Source of the DNA: Microgenomates group bacterium Gr01-1014_5
GTDB lineage: Bacteria > Patescibacteriota > Microgenomatia > UBA8517 > UBA10165
Length of the DNA: 64,000 nt
Assembly (NCBI GenBank): GCA_007376395.1
Contig: VMGE01000006.1
Coordinates: forward strand, 2,812 to 66,811
Reading direction: 5' to 3'
Part shown: piece after piece, positions 8,473 through 18,874 of the stretch
Numbering within the stretch: position 1 is the stretch's first letter
Layout of the letters: each line of letters starts with the position of its first letter
The notes under the pieces: model-generated
What the model was told of the DNA's origin: nothing
The model's database searches: none
The model's input: the letters and a program-made list of their open reading frames with translations, nothing else
Made by a program: the position numbers and the translations under genes

Positions 8473-9297
8473 ATGGAAGATACTAAAGAAAAATCCTCAA
8501 GCGGGTTTAAATTAGAAAAGCTTCATGGTACACAAAAACATTTAGAGGCAATAACAACATATATTGATTCTCACCCTGAACAGTTTGCTTCGGTAAATTC
8601 TTTTACTTATACCACTGATCCTCAAGGAAATGCTGATATAACAATTACTACCCCCAAGGGAGACAAAAGGCTTTCAGAATTTTTGCCTAAAGAAGTATCA
8701 ATTGTTGATAGCCCAAACTCTGGAGCTGGAGCATATGCCCTCATAAGCTGGGACTTGGAAGGAAACCTTGCGAGCTCTTCTGTTAGCGTAGATTTAGCCT
8801 GGATGAAGGAAAAACCCGCCTTGGGAGCCTCTATTGTTGCCCATGAAATCGGACATGTTATAAACGAATCCGCCAAGGAGGATTTAGATCAAAGAAAAAT
8901 TACAGAAGCTCCCAAGACACCTGAAGAATTAGAAGAGTCTTTAATGTTGATTTGTAGGGTAGTTAACGACGGTCTTCAAGACGAGGTTGAAGCTTGGAAT
9001 TATGGTAAACCTATTGCAAATTTGTTTGGAGTTGATGAAACAACCTATGATGGTCAAATGGAGTATGCAATGAAAACATATATAAACACCTCTTACTATC
9101 AAATAAATGAAATGATGGCTAACATGCTTATGCATCTGACTCCTGATCAAAAACAAACATTAAAAGGTAAAGTATTCCCAGTCTATGATTTAGCAACACA
9201 GGAAAGAGTTGATTTGACCATTGATCAAATGTTAGAAAAATTTAAAACATTTAGTAAAGAGCGGTCTCAAACATCTGCAGGAGCAATGCCTTCTTAG
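8473..9297 (+). CDS. hypothetical protein with HExxH zinc-metallopeptidase motif
   Basis: 274 aa containing IVAHEIGHVIN. Confidence 0.45.
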   Translation: MEDTKEKSSSGFKLEKLHGTQKHLEAITTYIDSHPEQFASVNSFTYTTDPQGNADITITTPKGDKRLSEFLPKEVSIVDSPNSGAGAYALISWDLEGNLASSSVSVDLAWMKEKPALGASIVAHEIGHVINESAKEDLDQRKITEAPKTPEELEESLMLICRVVNDGLQDEVEAWNYGKPIANLFGVDETTYDGQMEYAMKTYINTSYYQINEMMANMLMHLTPDQKQTLKGKVFPVYDLATQERVDLTIDQMLEKFKTFSKERSQTSAGAMPS

Positions 9298-9445
9298 CTT
9301 TGGCTAAAAAATAAAATCTCTTTAACCTCTCGTGATATAATTTCAGGTGCGTCGAGTGTAGATACCCAGTTTGTGGTACGAAAATCGTCCCACCCAGCGA
9401 GCAAATAGTCTGTCACTTAGTTCTTCAAAACTGTTATATTTAAAT

Positions 9446-9907
9446 GTGAAGAAAATTAACATTCCTCTGTTGATTTTTTGTGTCTGTATTTGTGCTTCAG
9501 CTGGAATAGTGGGCTCAATCGTTACCTTTAACTCTGTTACTACTTGGTATCCTACATTAATAAAACCTTTTTTTAACCCTCCTTCTTGGATATTCGGGCC
9601 TGTTTGGACAATGCTCTATTTTCTTATGGGAATTTCTTTATATCTCGTTTGGAGAAAGAAGAAGGCAGACTTGCAGTGGTTTTGGATTCAATTAGTCCTA
9701 AATGCTTTGTGGTCGATAATCTTCTTTGGATTAAAAAACCCTTTGTTAGCTTTCGTAGTTATAATTTTGCTTTGGGTAAGTATTTTTCTAACAATAAAGT
9801 CTTTTCAAAAGGTAAATAAAACCGCTGCAGTCTTACTTTTCCCCTATTTAGCGTGGGTGAGTTTTGCAAGCCTGCTGAATTTATTTATTGTTGTTTTAAA
9901 TAGATAA
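9446..9907 (+). CDS. tspO: TspO/MBR family tryptophan-rich sensory protein
   Basis: Five-TM protein with PPSWIFGPVWTMLY, LNALWSIIFF and PYLAWVSFASLLN. The GTG start at 9446 gives the expected ~153 aa; the track ORF starts earlier at 9371. Confidence 0.7.
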   Translation: MKKINIPLLIFCVCICASAGIVGSIVTFNSVTTWYPTLIKPFFNPPSWIFGPVWTMLYFLMGISLYLVWRKKKADLQWFWIQLVLNALWSIIFFGLKNPLLAFVVIILLWVSIFLTIKSFQKVNKTAAVLLFPYLAWVSFASLLNLFIVVLNR

Positions 9908-9988
9908 GTAATGGGTTCTAGCATCGCCCACAACCTCACGTTTTCTAGTACCCAGGCTGGACGTTAGAATCTTTGATATAATCGGTTC

Positions 9989-10531
9989 GTGATCGAACGA
10001 CTAAAAGTAGCTTTTGTAGGAACAAGTTGCACTGGCAAAACCACATTGGTTGATAATTACAGAGGAAGAAATGTACCAGGGCTGGTAATTGTAGAAGAAG
10101 CAGCCCGAGAATACTTCACTAAAAATCCAGAGATTAGAGACAGATTTTCTATAAATGCTCAAGGAGAAGTGCAGGCTTTAGCCTTGAAGAATGAGCAATC
10201 TGCTCATGACTCAGGCGCGACTAAAATAGTTTGTGATCGTTCGGTTTTAGATGCTGTTGCTTATGTTCGATCGCAAGGCGATATTAGAGGTTCAAGGCGG
10301 CTTTTGGATAGAGTGAGGTACTGGGTTTCAACGTATAACAAACTGCTTTTAGTCAACCCAGCTGATGTGCCTTACCAAACAGATTCAGTTAGGCAGGAGG
10401 ATGAGCAGGTAAGGTTGGGATTCCACAAAGCTTTCCTTGAGATGTTTGATGATGCAGGAATTCAATATGAATTGTTAAGTGGAACTTTAAAACAGAGAGT
10501 TAAACGGACAGACCAACTCTTGCAACTGTAG
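9989..10531 (+). CDS. P-loop NTPase (AAA_28/NadR-kinase-like ATPase)
   Basis: Walker A GTSCTGKTTL near the N-terminus; 180 aa. Confidence 0.5.
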   Translation: MIERLKVAFVGTSCTGKTTLVDNYRGRNVPGLVIVEEAAREYFTKNPEIRDRFSINAQGEVQALALKNEQSAHDSGATKIVCDRSVLDAVAYVRSQGDIRGSRRLLDRVRYWVSTYNKLLLVNPADVPYQTDSVRQEDEQVRLGFHKAFLEMFDDAGIQYELLSGTLKQRVKRTDQLLQL

Positions 10532-10593
10532 CATAATAGGTTCTAATAGAGTCCATCAAGCGGAGCCGAGTACAAACATGATATAATCTTGCG

Positions 10594-11025
10594 ATGACAG
10601 AGCTTACTTCAACTCCCGAACAACCGTTTAAAAACGATCCTTCAGCTGTTATTCGCAATCACCTAAACGAAGCCGGACATCCTGAAGAAATATCTCTTCA
10701 AACGGCAGCAGCCATGATTCGCAGAGAATACGCAGGATACGAAGGGAATAAGGATGCTCTCGGTGTGTGTATGGAATTAGCACACAGGATAACCAATGCA
10801 ACTTACACATTAGCAGCATTATTTGATTCTCAAAATGCTGATCTCCCTTCAAACTGGAGAGAAAATCCAGAAATTACAAGAACTGTAGTTTCAATGTGCG
10901 GCAATCTCGAGTTGGGCATTCTTAAGGCCCAACAACTCCACCTTGCACACTCTGGCGGCGGGAAAAGTATCCCTGACAGAATAAATAATGTTACACGACT
11001 CGTCAGCGACCTTCAGCAAAAATAA
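10594..11025 (+). CDS. hypothetical protein
   Basis: 143 aa ORF with no recognised motif. Confidence 0.35.
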   Translation: MTELTSTPEQPFKNDPSAVIRNHLNEAGHPEEISLQTAAAMIRREYAGYEGNKDALGVCMELAHRITNATYTLAALFDSQNADLPSNWRENPEITRTVVSMCGNLELGILKAQQLHLAHSGGGKSIPDRINNVTRLVSDLQQK

Positions 11026-11590
11026 GCGAAACTTGCTGCTCCACAGTAAACCGCAACTTGTTCAAACAGAGCAAGTAAACATAGTATAATTCTCCTTATA
11101 TCTAAGAATCCTATTATTAATGCTATCAGTGCCTCAGCCTACATATTTCTTGTTGCCAGTATTATTAATCTTGTTTCTCAAGCCCAAAAGGACAAACCTG
11201 ACACTTTTTTTGCTCCTATCGCATTTTTGTCGTTACTCACTCTTTCTGCTGCAATAATGGCCTGTATATTTTTCTACCAACCACTTCAACTTTTTATTGA
11301 GGGAAAGAAAAAAGAAGCAGTTAACCTATTTATTCAAACTGTTGGTATCTTTGGGACGATTACAGCAGTAGTTTGGATTCTTATTTTTTCAGGCCTGATT
11401 TAGTCTATTTATTGCATGTCGATAATTCGTTTTGAAGCCAAACTGTCTAAAATCGATTTATGGACCATTCTTAGACTTCCTAAGAATGTAAGTACGAAAC
11501 TTTCGTCACGAGGTATGACAATAGAGAAAAAGATCTTAAAGATATTCAGATAATTGAAGATTATCTTAAGGCTGGTGGAAAATAAGTAAG

Positions 11591-11923
11591 CTAATCTTCA
11601 ATAAAAATTAGTCCTCCAGCTTTAATTAAAATTTCCCTGATCGCCTTGTCTGCTTTTCCGTCAGTAAGTTGACATGCAACCTTCCCTTCTCCATCTACCC
11701 GTTCATATTTAACTTCGCCTTTTTTAAGAGTGCTAAGTGATACGCGATGGCTGCATCCAGACTCTGGATCTTCAATCCATAATTTAGCTTCTACCACCGA
11801 TAGCCTAAATGCATCCATTAAGAACTCTGCAGTTCCTCGCCTCTCTCGCGGTGTAAACTCAAACATTGCACCTTCAAGTTCTTGAACTGTTAGCTTTATT
11901 CTGTAGGCTTCTGCCGCAACCAT
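11591..11923 (-). CDS. hypothetical protein
   Basis: 110 aa ORF. Confidence 0.35.
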   Translation of the reverse strand: MVAAEAYRIKLTVQELEGAMFEFTPRERRGTAEFLMDAFRLSVVEAKLWIEDPESGCSHRVSLSTLKKGEVKYERVDGEGKVACQLTDGKADKAIREILIKAGGLIFIED

Positions 11924-11961
11924 AACAAGATAATATCATAAATATGTTAATATAAGTGTAA

Positions 11962-12237
11962 ATGAGTTGTGAAGCTGGCGGAACATCAGAAGTCCCAGAA
12001 AAACCAAGAGTAGAAGTTGATGTCCATCGCGCAATCAGAGAACTTGAACGTTGGCTAAGAATTGATCTTGATGCTCCTCGACCAGATCAAAAAGGCTATG
12101 ACTCTCCAAGAGAACCTAACCCAGTAAACCATAATTGGAGAGACGGGGCAGAACTCGTTATGACATCTGTAACAAACCGAGAAACCGGAGAGACTGTTTG
12201 GTATCGCCCAGACGGAACCGTCATTAACTTCCCTTGA
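11962..12237 (+). CDS. hypothetical protein
   Basis: 91 aa ORF. Confidence 0.3.
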   Translation: MSCEAGGTSEVPEKPRVEVDVHRAIRELERWLRIDLDAPRPDQKGYDSPREPNPVNHNWRDGAELVMTSVTNRETGETVWYRPDGTVINFP

Positions 12238-12365
12238 AAAAGCTTTTTCAATGGGTTTAAAGAGAGAATTTAGTTTATTTTAGGCAAAACTCCTTCAAAA
12301 AGTGTATAATGGAGAGAAGAAAGGAGATAAAACTAGGTTTAGTCTATAAATCTATTAAAAATACT

Positions 12366-12566
12366 ATGAACGGAACAATTAAGACCAAAACAGATAAAGG
12401 ATATGGATTCATTTCTCGCGAAGGCGAAGTAAAGGATCTTTTCTTTCACTCAACAGACTTAGTCGGTGTTACTTTTGACGAGCTTCAAGTTGGAGCAGCC
12501 GTTATGTTTGATATTGTAGATGGTGAAAAAGGACCAGCTGCAAAAAATGTAAAACTCGCCGAATAA
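12366..12566 (+). CDS. cspA: cold-shock protein (CspA family)
   Basis: MNGTIKTKTDKGYGFISREGEVKDLFFHSTDL... is a canonical cold-shock domain with RNP1/RNP2. The track ORF starts 19 codons earlier at 12309. Confidence 0.8.
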   Translation: MNGTIKTKTDKGYGFISREGEVKDLFFHSTDLVGVTFDELQVGAAVMFDIVDGEKGPAAKNVKLAE

Positions 12567-12584
12567 TTTCGGTAAGTACATTAC

Positions 12585-12612
12585 AAAAAATCCCGCTTCG
12601 TGCGGGTTTTTT
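12585..12612. terminator. bidirectional rho-independent terminator between convergent csp and zinc-ribbon genes
   Basis: AAAAAA-CCCGC-ttcgt-GCGGG-TTTTTT. Confidence 0.6.
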
Positions 12613-12629
12613 GTGCTTAAGAGGAGTTT

Positions 12630-13040
12630 TTACTCTTCCTTTGTTGGGGATATTTTCTTACTTTTTGGAGATTTAACTTTTTCTGCTACAACTGGAGTAG
12701 AAACAATAACTTCAGAAGTTTTTACTTCCAATAATTTCAATATTTTATCAAGCTTAGCGTTCAATGCTCCAAACTGATCATTATTCTGGGAGACACTTGG
12801 GGCTCTGAAACTAGGCCTTTCCTGCCTTGGAGAATCCGACCTTGCATTGCCCATTCTTTCGAAACAGTTACTGCAATAAACCGGTTTACCGCTTGTTGGC
12901 CTAAAGGGTACTTCACATTCATTTCCACAATTACTGCAAGTGGTTCTAAACATAGGTCGGTCTTCACTCCTAAAATCCCGCCTACCGAAAGAACGCCCAC
13001 CCCCGCCGCTGTTTCTACCACCCCTGTTAAAATTTCCCAT
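12630..13040 (-). CDS. RG-rich zinc-ribbon protein, hypothetical
   Basis: Gly/Arg-rich N-terminus and a C4 zinc ribbon, CSNCGNECEVPF...PVYCSNCF. Confidence 0.45.
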   Translation of the reverse strand: MGNFNRGGRNSGGGGRSFGRRDFRSEDRPMFRTTCSNCGNECEVPFRPTSGKPVYCSNCFERMGNARSDSPRQERPSFRAPSVSQNNDQFGALNAKLDKILKLLEVKTSEVIVSTPVVAEKVKSPKSKKISPTKEE

Positions 13041-13155
13041 TGTCTATAGTATAACACACAACCCGTGCTCAGTGATAATCCTACCGTTAAAAGGCTATTG
13101 ACAAAGTTTTTCGCTATCTCTTTACTTAAGTTATTAATAGATTGTCAGTATTAAA

Positions 13156-16100
13156 ATGAAAGCCAGCTGTAAAAAAGTTGTGCTGAAGAGCATAACCAGC
13201 CTGTTTTGTTTTCTTCTTACCTTTTTGGTATTACTTTCTCCGTCTCAAATATCTGCTGCTGAGCGCAGTTCTTACTACGATTGGGGTCCTTATTACAACC
13301 AAACCAAAGTTTTGGGGGTTACTTTCTCTTCTTTGGAAGAATTGCCAAAAATCGAGATCCCGGCAAATATTTCCCCGCCCCCCGCAACCGGAATTCTTCC
13401 AGGCAGTCCTTTCCACTTTTTAGAAACTCTGACGGAAAACGCACAGCTTTCCTTTATTTTTGACCCGGTAAAAAAAGAGGAGTTTCGCCTTACACTCGCC
13501 TCCGAGCGTTTGTCCGAAGCAAAAACTTTAGTTGAGCAGGGAAACTACCAAGCAGCAGAATCTGCTGCCGCAGAGTACAGAAACGCCATGAATATAGTTT
13601 CCGACAATCTGCGCGCACTCTCCGCACAAAACAATCCCCAAGCAGACGCTCTGGCCGAGAATGTAGGAAAACTCTCCGCGGATCACGCTGTCGTGGCGCA
13701 AAGCGCCGCCCTTTCCTCTCCGTCAGCCGCCAATACAACCTGGAACCAACTTTTAACTGCTTCGGAAAAAGCCATGGACTCATCCGCTGAAACAAGCGGC
13801 CAGCCGGCAATTCCCGAAGAATTGTCGGTTAGTCTTCAAGAACTTAAAAACGCCGGCCTCATCACTCCTGAGCAAAGCGATAAACTCTATTCTCTCACCT
13901 CAAGAAGCCAAGTACGCGCAGAAATTGATAAACTTACTGCCGCTGGTACGTTTCCTCAGGCAGAAGCGGCAAAACTCGATACTGCAGTAGCTGTCAACTA
14001 TCCCGATATTTACAACCAAGCGCTATCAGTGCTTAAGTTTGCCGAACTGCGTTCATACCAAACACTGCCTCCGCCCTCAGTTGATATCTTAAAAGAGATT
14101 GAGGAATGGCAAGCGCAAAAAGGTGATTTACCACCACCTGCTGAAATAAAGCCGTACCTTTATCACGCCAGAGCTTCAGAACTTGCTCAAAGTATAGACT
14201 TTGCTCCTTTTTCTGCCGACCAGCAAACAGAAGTAGCTAAATTCTATCCTGAAGCTGTTTCCCAAAACCCAACCTATACTCCTCCTCCTTCACCCTCGCC
14301 TTTGCCAAGCCCTGAGCCGTCCCCCACCCCTACAGAACAAACTGCTCCGGAAACGGCTTCGCCATCAGAACCCACCACGCCGTCTACTCAGCCATATCTT
14401 GCCGATTACAACGGCCCTTTGCCAGGAAGTCCGGCTTACTTTTTCAAACAAATTGGTGAGGGGGCAGGACTGTTTACTGCGGCCTTTGATCCGGCTAGGC
14501 GCATGGAGCTGTCTATGCAATTTGCAGAAGAACGCTTAAAAGAAGCCAATGCGCTTGCACTCGCGACCGGCCGTGAAAAAGACTACCAAAACACACTCGA
14601 AAGATATAAAGATTCTCTAGAAGGTATCACGCAAAATCTTAGGGATTATCAGGGAAGTGAAGAAACAAGAAGAGATTTGGCGGGAAAATTCGAAGCAGAG
14701 GCCGCCCGGCATAACGTTATCTTCGAAAAAGGTTTACTGCCGCCGGTTTCCGAAAACACAGAGGTCATGCCAGCTGTTGTTGCTGTAACCCAAAACGCCA
14801 TGGACGCTTCTGCCGACGCCCTCGACAAACCGGCAATTCCGCTTTCTTTAGTAGCTAGACTCCAAGACTTAAAAGCGCAGGGACAGCTTCTTCCAGAGGA
14901 GGTTGACAATATAGTCCAATCTCAATCGCGTGAAGAAGTACGCGAAAAAATAAGAGAGCTGGTTAAACTCGAGACATTTCCTCCGGCTGATGCTAAAAAG
15001 CTCGATGAGGCACAAGCTATCGTTACACCGCACGACTACAACCAATTAGTTGAGGTCAAAAAGGTTGAGGAGTTACAAAGACTGCGTGCCGCCCAGGCTG
15101 AATTTGCCCAAACCGCAACTCTTCGTCAAACAAACGCCAATTACGAAACCCGTATTGAGTTTTTAACTAAGTCTATTGACCCCTCGCTTATTAAAGCAGA
15201 AGATTTGGCAGGCCGCGAAGGGTTGTTGGCCACCTATCAAGACCTCCTTTCGAAAAGCGGAGAAAGACCTATTAATGCAGGTCAATTTGTCGAGGCAGAA
15301 AAAACTACTTCAGAGGAAAAGAATACCGCCATCCGCCCGGTTGACGCCGTCTTTTCAACCTGTCCTGTAGGGGCAATTTTTAAACAATTCGAAGGTTGCG
15401 TCTGGGAAGCAAACGGCAGCAAAATCAACAACTATGAACAATATAAATGCAGTACCTCAAAAGAATATTGGTCGTTTTCCCAAAACAAATGCGTACTTTA
15501 TACTCCTGGCGCAGAAGCTCGTGATACTCAGCCAGTTTGTCCAATTGGCTATGCCTGGGCTTGGGAGTCGCAAAACTGCCAAGTCTCAAACACTCCCGTG
15601 CCAACGCCGCCTCCCGGAGTATTGCCTATTGGAGACCTTCCTGAGAGCGAAAAAGAAAATTTCTGTCCTGCCGGCGCGTCATATCAGGCAGGGAAAGGCT
15701 GTCTTTGGGATAACAGCCAAAAATCGGTTTACGATCCGGCTCAGTACCGCTGCACCCCGGGAGCTTACTATTCTTTCTCTGAGTTTAAATGCGTAGAAAA
15801 CCCTGATCCAAGCCAACCCTATCCTAAAAACACTCAACCTGCCTGTTCTGAAGGAAGCGCTTGGAGTTGGACTGACGGCCGCTGTCTTGAGGTTCGTTCC
15901 TACACACCCGTTTCAGACGCCGCGTCAAAACTCCAAGTTCCACAACCAAGCTTTGCCGGACCGGACAGTCCGCTTTATGGCTTAAAAAGGGCTTTTGAAG
16001 GAATACAAACCTTTACCGCGTTCACCACGCAAGCCAGACAAGAAGTTAGACTTGCCCACGCCAAAGAACGTTTTGCTGAAGCCTACCAAGAACTTGAAGC

Positions 16101-18420
16101 AAACGACGAAGAGGGTTTCAAAGAATCGTTAAGCCTCTACACGGGCGAGATGCAGCAGGTTTACAACGACTTGGCTTCAGCAAACTTTAACGACGAGGCG
16201 AGAAAACAACTGGGTGAAGCCCTTGAAACCCAAGCTCTTGAACAAAACTTACTTCTACAGAAAGTAAGTGTCTTTGCTTCCGCAGACCTGGCAACGCCAA
16301 TTTCTGCGGCAGTCTCGGTAACCGTCCAGGGTGTCGACCGCGCAGCAGATTTGCAAGGTCAGCCAGCCATACCCGAGGAAATAAAAACTAAAATAGAAGC
16401 CTTACCTGCCGACATGATTTCCGACGAAGACAAACAAAAACTTCTCGCCACTAACAATAGAGTTAAAGCCAGATTGGAAATTAATTCACTAGTCGGCCAA
16501 GGTTTCTTAACCAACCAAGATACGGCACTTTTAGACGAGAGTCTTACCAACTCTGACCCTGCCGGCACGGCTAAACTTGACGAATTAAAAAAGCTGGACG
16601 AAATAGTAGACTTGACAAAACTTACAGGCGAAATAGACAAAACAGTTGAGAAGAATGAAAATATTGCCCAAAAACTGGAAGAATTTAGGCAATCATTCAC
16701 TCCCGGTCAAGAAATACCCGGAGAGATTAGGCCTTACGTCAGGCTAACCAGAATTGAAGAGATAACTCAAACAATCAGGCCCGACATTGTGCGCACAGAA
16801 GATTTTGGCAACCGCCGCGATCTACAGCTTGCCGTGGCAACGCTGAAAGAAGAGTTTAAGCCCACCCGCGAAACCGTAGATCGACTTGAGCAGTACAGAA
16901 GAAATAATCCCGGAAGGCCGCTGCCTTTTGACCTGGCGCGAGCAGAAGCCTTCTCCCGAGGTCTTGGCGTCAGAAACGAAGCAGGACCTTGCTATCTTCC
17001 CTCTCCGCCGTTTGCACCCAACACACCTTGCCCTGCCCCAGGCTCTGCAATACCAATTTTCTCTTACGATAACATCGCTTTTGGCTCATCAGCTTTTGGG
17101 ACAAATACAAACATTACTAACGACGCTCAAGGAAAACCTTTGGTTTATGGCGACGGGCCCAAACCCGTAGAGGCTGGGGTTTGTCCTGACAACTACCATT
17201 GGATGTACGACAATGGCGGTTGGTGTATGAGCAGCTCTGGAAGTTATGGAGGTTCGACAACTTCCTATGGTAGCCCATCGGTAACGACTCCGGGTTACAC
17301 CCCTTACACGTCGTATTACTCTCCCCCAGGCGCGCCGCCTGCCAGCTATGGATACCAAGGCCCAGGAAATTACTCGAACAACTACTACTCAACAACGGGT
17401 TCTCCGTATACCCCACCGACCTATTACGGAACTGCGCCGACAACTTATACCACCAATCCACCCCCGGGAACTGTCCCCGGATCAGGACCAGCGCCTTCCA
17501 CGGGCGGAGAATGTCCCTCTGGCTTTCATTGGATGCCGCCAAGTTATAATCAGGGAGGTTGGTGTATGTCTAACGGGGGTACATACACACCCGGTTATCA
17601 ATATGGAGGTGGAGGAGCACAAGTTAGTCCCGGTACACAATGTCCCAAGGGTACATATTGGAATAGCTACTCTAGTTCATGTCAATCGCCAACCAGCCCC
17701 ACATACCCCGGCGGCTCAGGCAATTGCCCACCCGGACAATATTGGACAGGAAGTTCTACAGGAGGAGGCTCGTGTGTTACTTCCGATACTTGGCCGTCAC
17801 CAAATCTCACAAGAGAAAGTTGTGGGCCAGGGTACTATTGGAGTGGGAATGCGTGTTACCCCAATTATCCGGGTAGTGGCGGTGGCAGTACGAGCTCTTG
17901 TACCTACCCGTCGGGCGGTTGCGGCTCAGGCTATTTTGATTATGGCTCTTGCTCCTGTAAAGCATCTTCATCCCAAGGATGTTATAACGTATCTGCCTCC
18001 AGTTGCCCGAGCGGATGGTATTTTGATTCGGCTGCTTGTACTTGCCGTCAGTCGTCAACATCAACCCCTGGTTCTGGTGGGGGAACTACCTCTGGATCAT
18101 GTCCTTCTGGATCTCATTGGATGAGTGATAATGGTGGCTATTGCATGTCTGATGCTGCTCGAGACGGGTCAACATCAGGAGGCTCCACCACCACTGGTGG
18201 TTCTACCTCAAGTGGTTCTTGTCCTTCAGGGTATCATTGGATGTCTGACAGCGGCGGATGGTGTATGTCAGACAACACAAGCGGGGGTGGAAGCACTTCC
18301 ACCTATACTCCACCCCCTACTACAACCTCGACCGAACCGACTCCGGCTCCAACCACAACAGAGCCTGCTCCAGCTCCTGCACCTACCGAACCTGCTCCCG
18401 CACCAACCACTTCCCCATGA
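13156..18420 (+). CDS. giant secreted/surface protein (1754 aa) with a signal peptide, three tandem ~290-aa repeats, Cys-rich modules and a Gly/Ser/Thr/Tyr low-complexity region
   Basis: Signal peptide ...SPSQISAAE. Three diverged repeats each begin (L)PGSP.Y(F/G) and contain QPAIPEE. Four copies of CP(S/D)G.HWM.D.GGWCMS and related CxxGxYW..C modules follow. C-terminal TEPAPAP tail. Confidence 0.75.
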   Translation: MKASCKKVVLKSITSLFCFLLTFLVLLSPSQISAAERSSYYDWGPYYNQTKVLGVTFSSLEELPKIEIPANISPPPATGILPGSPFHFLETLTENAQLSFIFDPVKKEEFRLTLASERLSEAKTLVEQGNYQAAESAAAEYRNAMNIVSDNLRALSAQNNPQADALAENVGKLSADHAVVAQSAALSSPSAANTTWNQLLTASEKAMDSSAETSGQPAIPEELSVSLQELKNAGLITPEQSDKLYSLTSRSQVRAEIDKLTAAGTFPQAEAAKLDTAVAVNYPDIYNQALSVLKFAELRSYQTLPPPSVDILKEIEEWQAQKGDLPPPAEIKPYLYHARASELAQSIDFAPFSADQQTEVAKFYPEAVSQNPTYTPPPSPSPLPSPEPSPTPTEQTAPETASPSEPTTPSTQPYLADYNGPLPGSPAYFFKQIGEGAGLFTAAFDPARRMELSMQFAEERLKEANALALATGREKDYQNTLERYKDSLEGITQNLRDYQGSEETRRDLAGKFEAEAARHNVIFEKGLLPPVSENTEVMPAVVAVTQNAMDASADALDKPAIPLSLVARLQDLKAQGQLLPEEVDNIVQSQSREEVREKIRELVKLETFPPADAKKLDEAQAIVTPHDYNQLVEVKKVEELQRLRAAQAEFAQTATLRQTNANYETRIEFLTKSIDPSLIKAEDLAGREGLLATYQDLLSKSGERPINAGQFVEAEKTTSEEKNTAIRPVDAVFSTCPVGAIFKQFEGCVWEANGSKINNYEQYKCSTSKEYWSFSQNKCVLYTPGAEARDTQPVCPIGYAWAWESQNCQVSNTPVPTPPPGVLPIGDLPESEKENFCPAGASYQAGKGCLWDNSQKSVYDPAQYRCTPGAYYSFSEFKCVENPDPSQPYPKNTQPACSEGSAWSWTDGRCLEVRSYTPVSDAASKLQVPQPSFAGPDSPLYGLKRAFEGIQTFTAFTTQARQEVRLAHAKERFAEAYQELEANDEEGFKESLSLYTGEMQQVYNDLASANFNDEARKQLGEALETQALEQNLLLQKVSVFASADLATPISAAVSVTVQGVDRAADLQGQPAIPEEIKTKIEALPADMISDEDKQKLLATNNRVKARLEINSLVGQGFLTNQDTALLDESLTNSDPAGTAKLDELKKLDEIVDLTKLTGEIDKTVEKNENIAQKLEEFRQSFTPGQEIPGEIRPYVRLTRIEEITQTIRPDIVRTEDFGNRRDLQLAVATLKEEFKPTRETVDRLEQYRRNNPGRPLPFDLARAEAFSRGLGVRNEAGPCYLPSPPFAPNTPCPAPGSAIPIFSYDNIAFGSSAFGTNTNITNDAQGKPLVYGDGPKPVEAGVCPDNYHWMYDNGGWCMSSSGSYGGSTTSYGSPSVTTPGYTPYTSYYSPPGAPPASYGYQGPGNYSNNYYSTTGSPYTPPTYYGTAPTTYTTNPPPGTVPGSGPAPSTGGECPSGFHWMPPSYNQGGWCMSNGGTYTPGYQYGGGGAQVSPGTQCPKGTYWNSYSSSCQSPTSPTYPGGSGNCPPGQYWTGSSTGGGSCVTSDTWPSPNLTRESCGPGYYWSGNACYPNYPGSGGGSTSSCTYPSGGCGSGYFDYGSCSCKASSSQGCYNVSASSCPSGWYFDSAACTCRQSSTSTPGSGGGTTSGSCPSGSHWMSDNGGYCMSDAARDGSTSGGSTTTGGSTSSGSCPSGYHWMSDSGGWCMSDNTSGGGSTSTYTPPPTTTSTEPTPAPTTTEPAPAPAPTEPAPAPTTSP

Positions 18421-18791
18421 GTAGGATCGCTTCTCTTCGAACAATAACTTTTATCTTCCTAATCTGCGCAATTACGCTCTTCGGAATTCTTCTTTACAGT
18501 TTTCAAAAAGAGTATATAAAAAGACATACTGTTTTATATGACGGAGCACTATTTACTCCGGAATTCGTAGTTATTCATCTGGGCGACCCTGTAATTATTA
18601 AAAATAGTTCCCAAAAACCAATGGAAATTGCCGTAGGAAGGCATGAAAACCATAAAACTCTAAGTGGATTTCAGGAGAAAATTATCAACCCCAAAGAAGA
18701 GTACGCCTTCACTCCTCAGGAAAGAGGGATTTTTGATCTGCATGATCATTTTAATCCTAAAAAATTCGGGTATATTATCATCGACAAATGA
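18417..18791 (+). CDS. small membrane-anchored hypothetical protein, translationally coupled to the giant gene
   Basis: Its ATG overlaps the upstream TGA (ATGA). It has an N-terminal TM segment followed by a ~90-aa soluble domain. Confidence 0.45.
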   Translation: MSRIASLRTITFIFLICAITLFGILLYSFQKEYIKRHTVLYDGALFTPEFVVIHLGDPVIIKNSSQKPMEIAVGRHENHKTLSGFQEKIINPKEEYAFTPQERGIFDLHDHFNPKKFGYIIIDK

Positions 18792-18874
18792 TCTCGGTAT
18801 TCACAGGTGTTGAGTAACACTGAGAAACAAAGCCCTATAGTTGCAATTCTGCTTCCGAGGAGTTAAAATACAAC

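Noticed and set aside
11098-11403. Hydrophobic ~100-codon open frame (…NAISASAYIFLVASIINLVS…ILIFSGLI)
   Set aside because: No in-frame ATG/GTG/TTG near its 5' end and it is absent from the ORF track. It is possibly a small membrane protein with an unusual start but is not supportable.
17089-18424. Multiple overlapping ORFs on both strands inside the 3' low-complexity part of the 1754-aa gene
   Set aside because: The translations are repetitive low-complexity shadows of the Gly/Ser/Thr/Tyr/Cys-rich coding frame.
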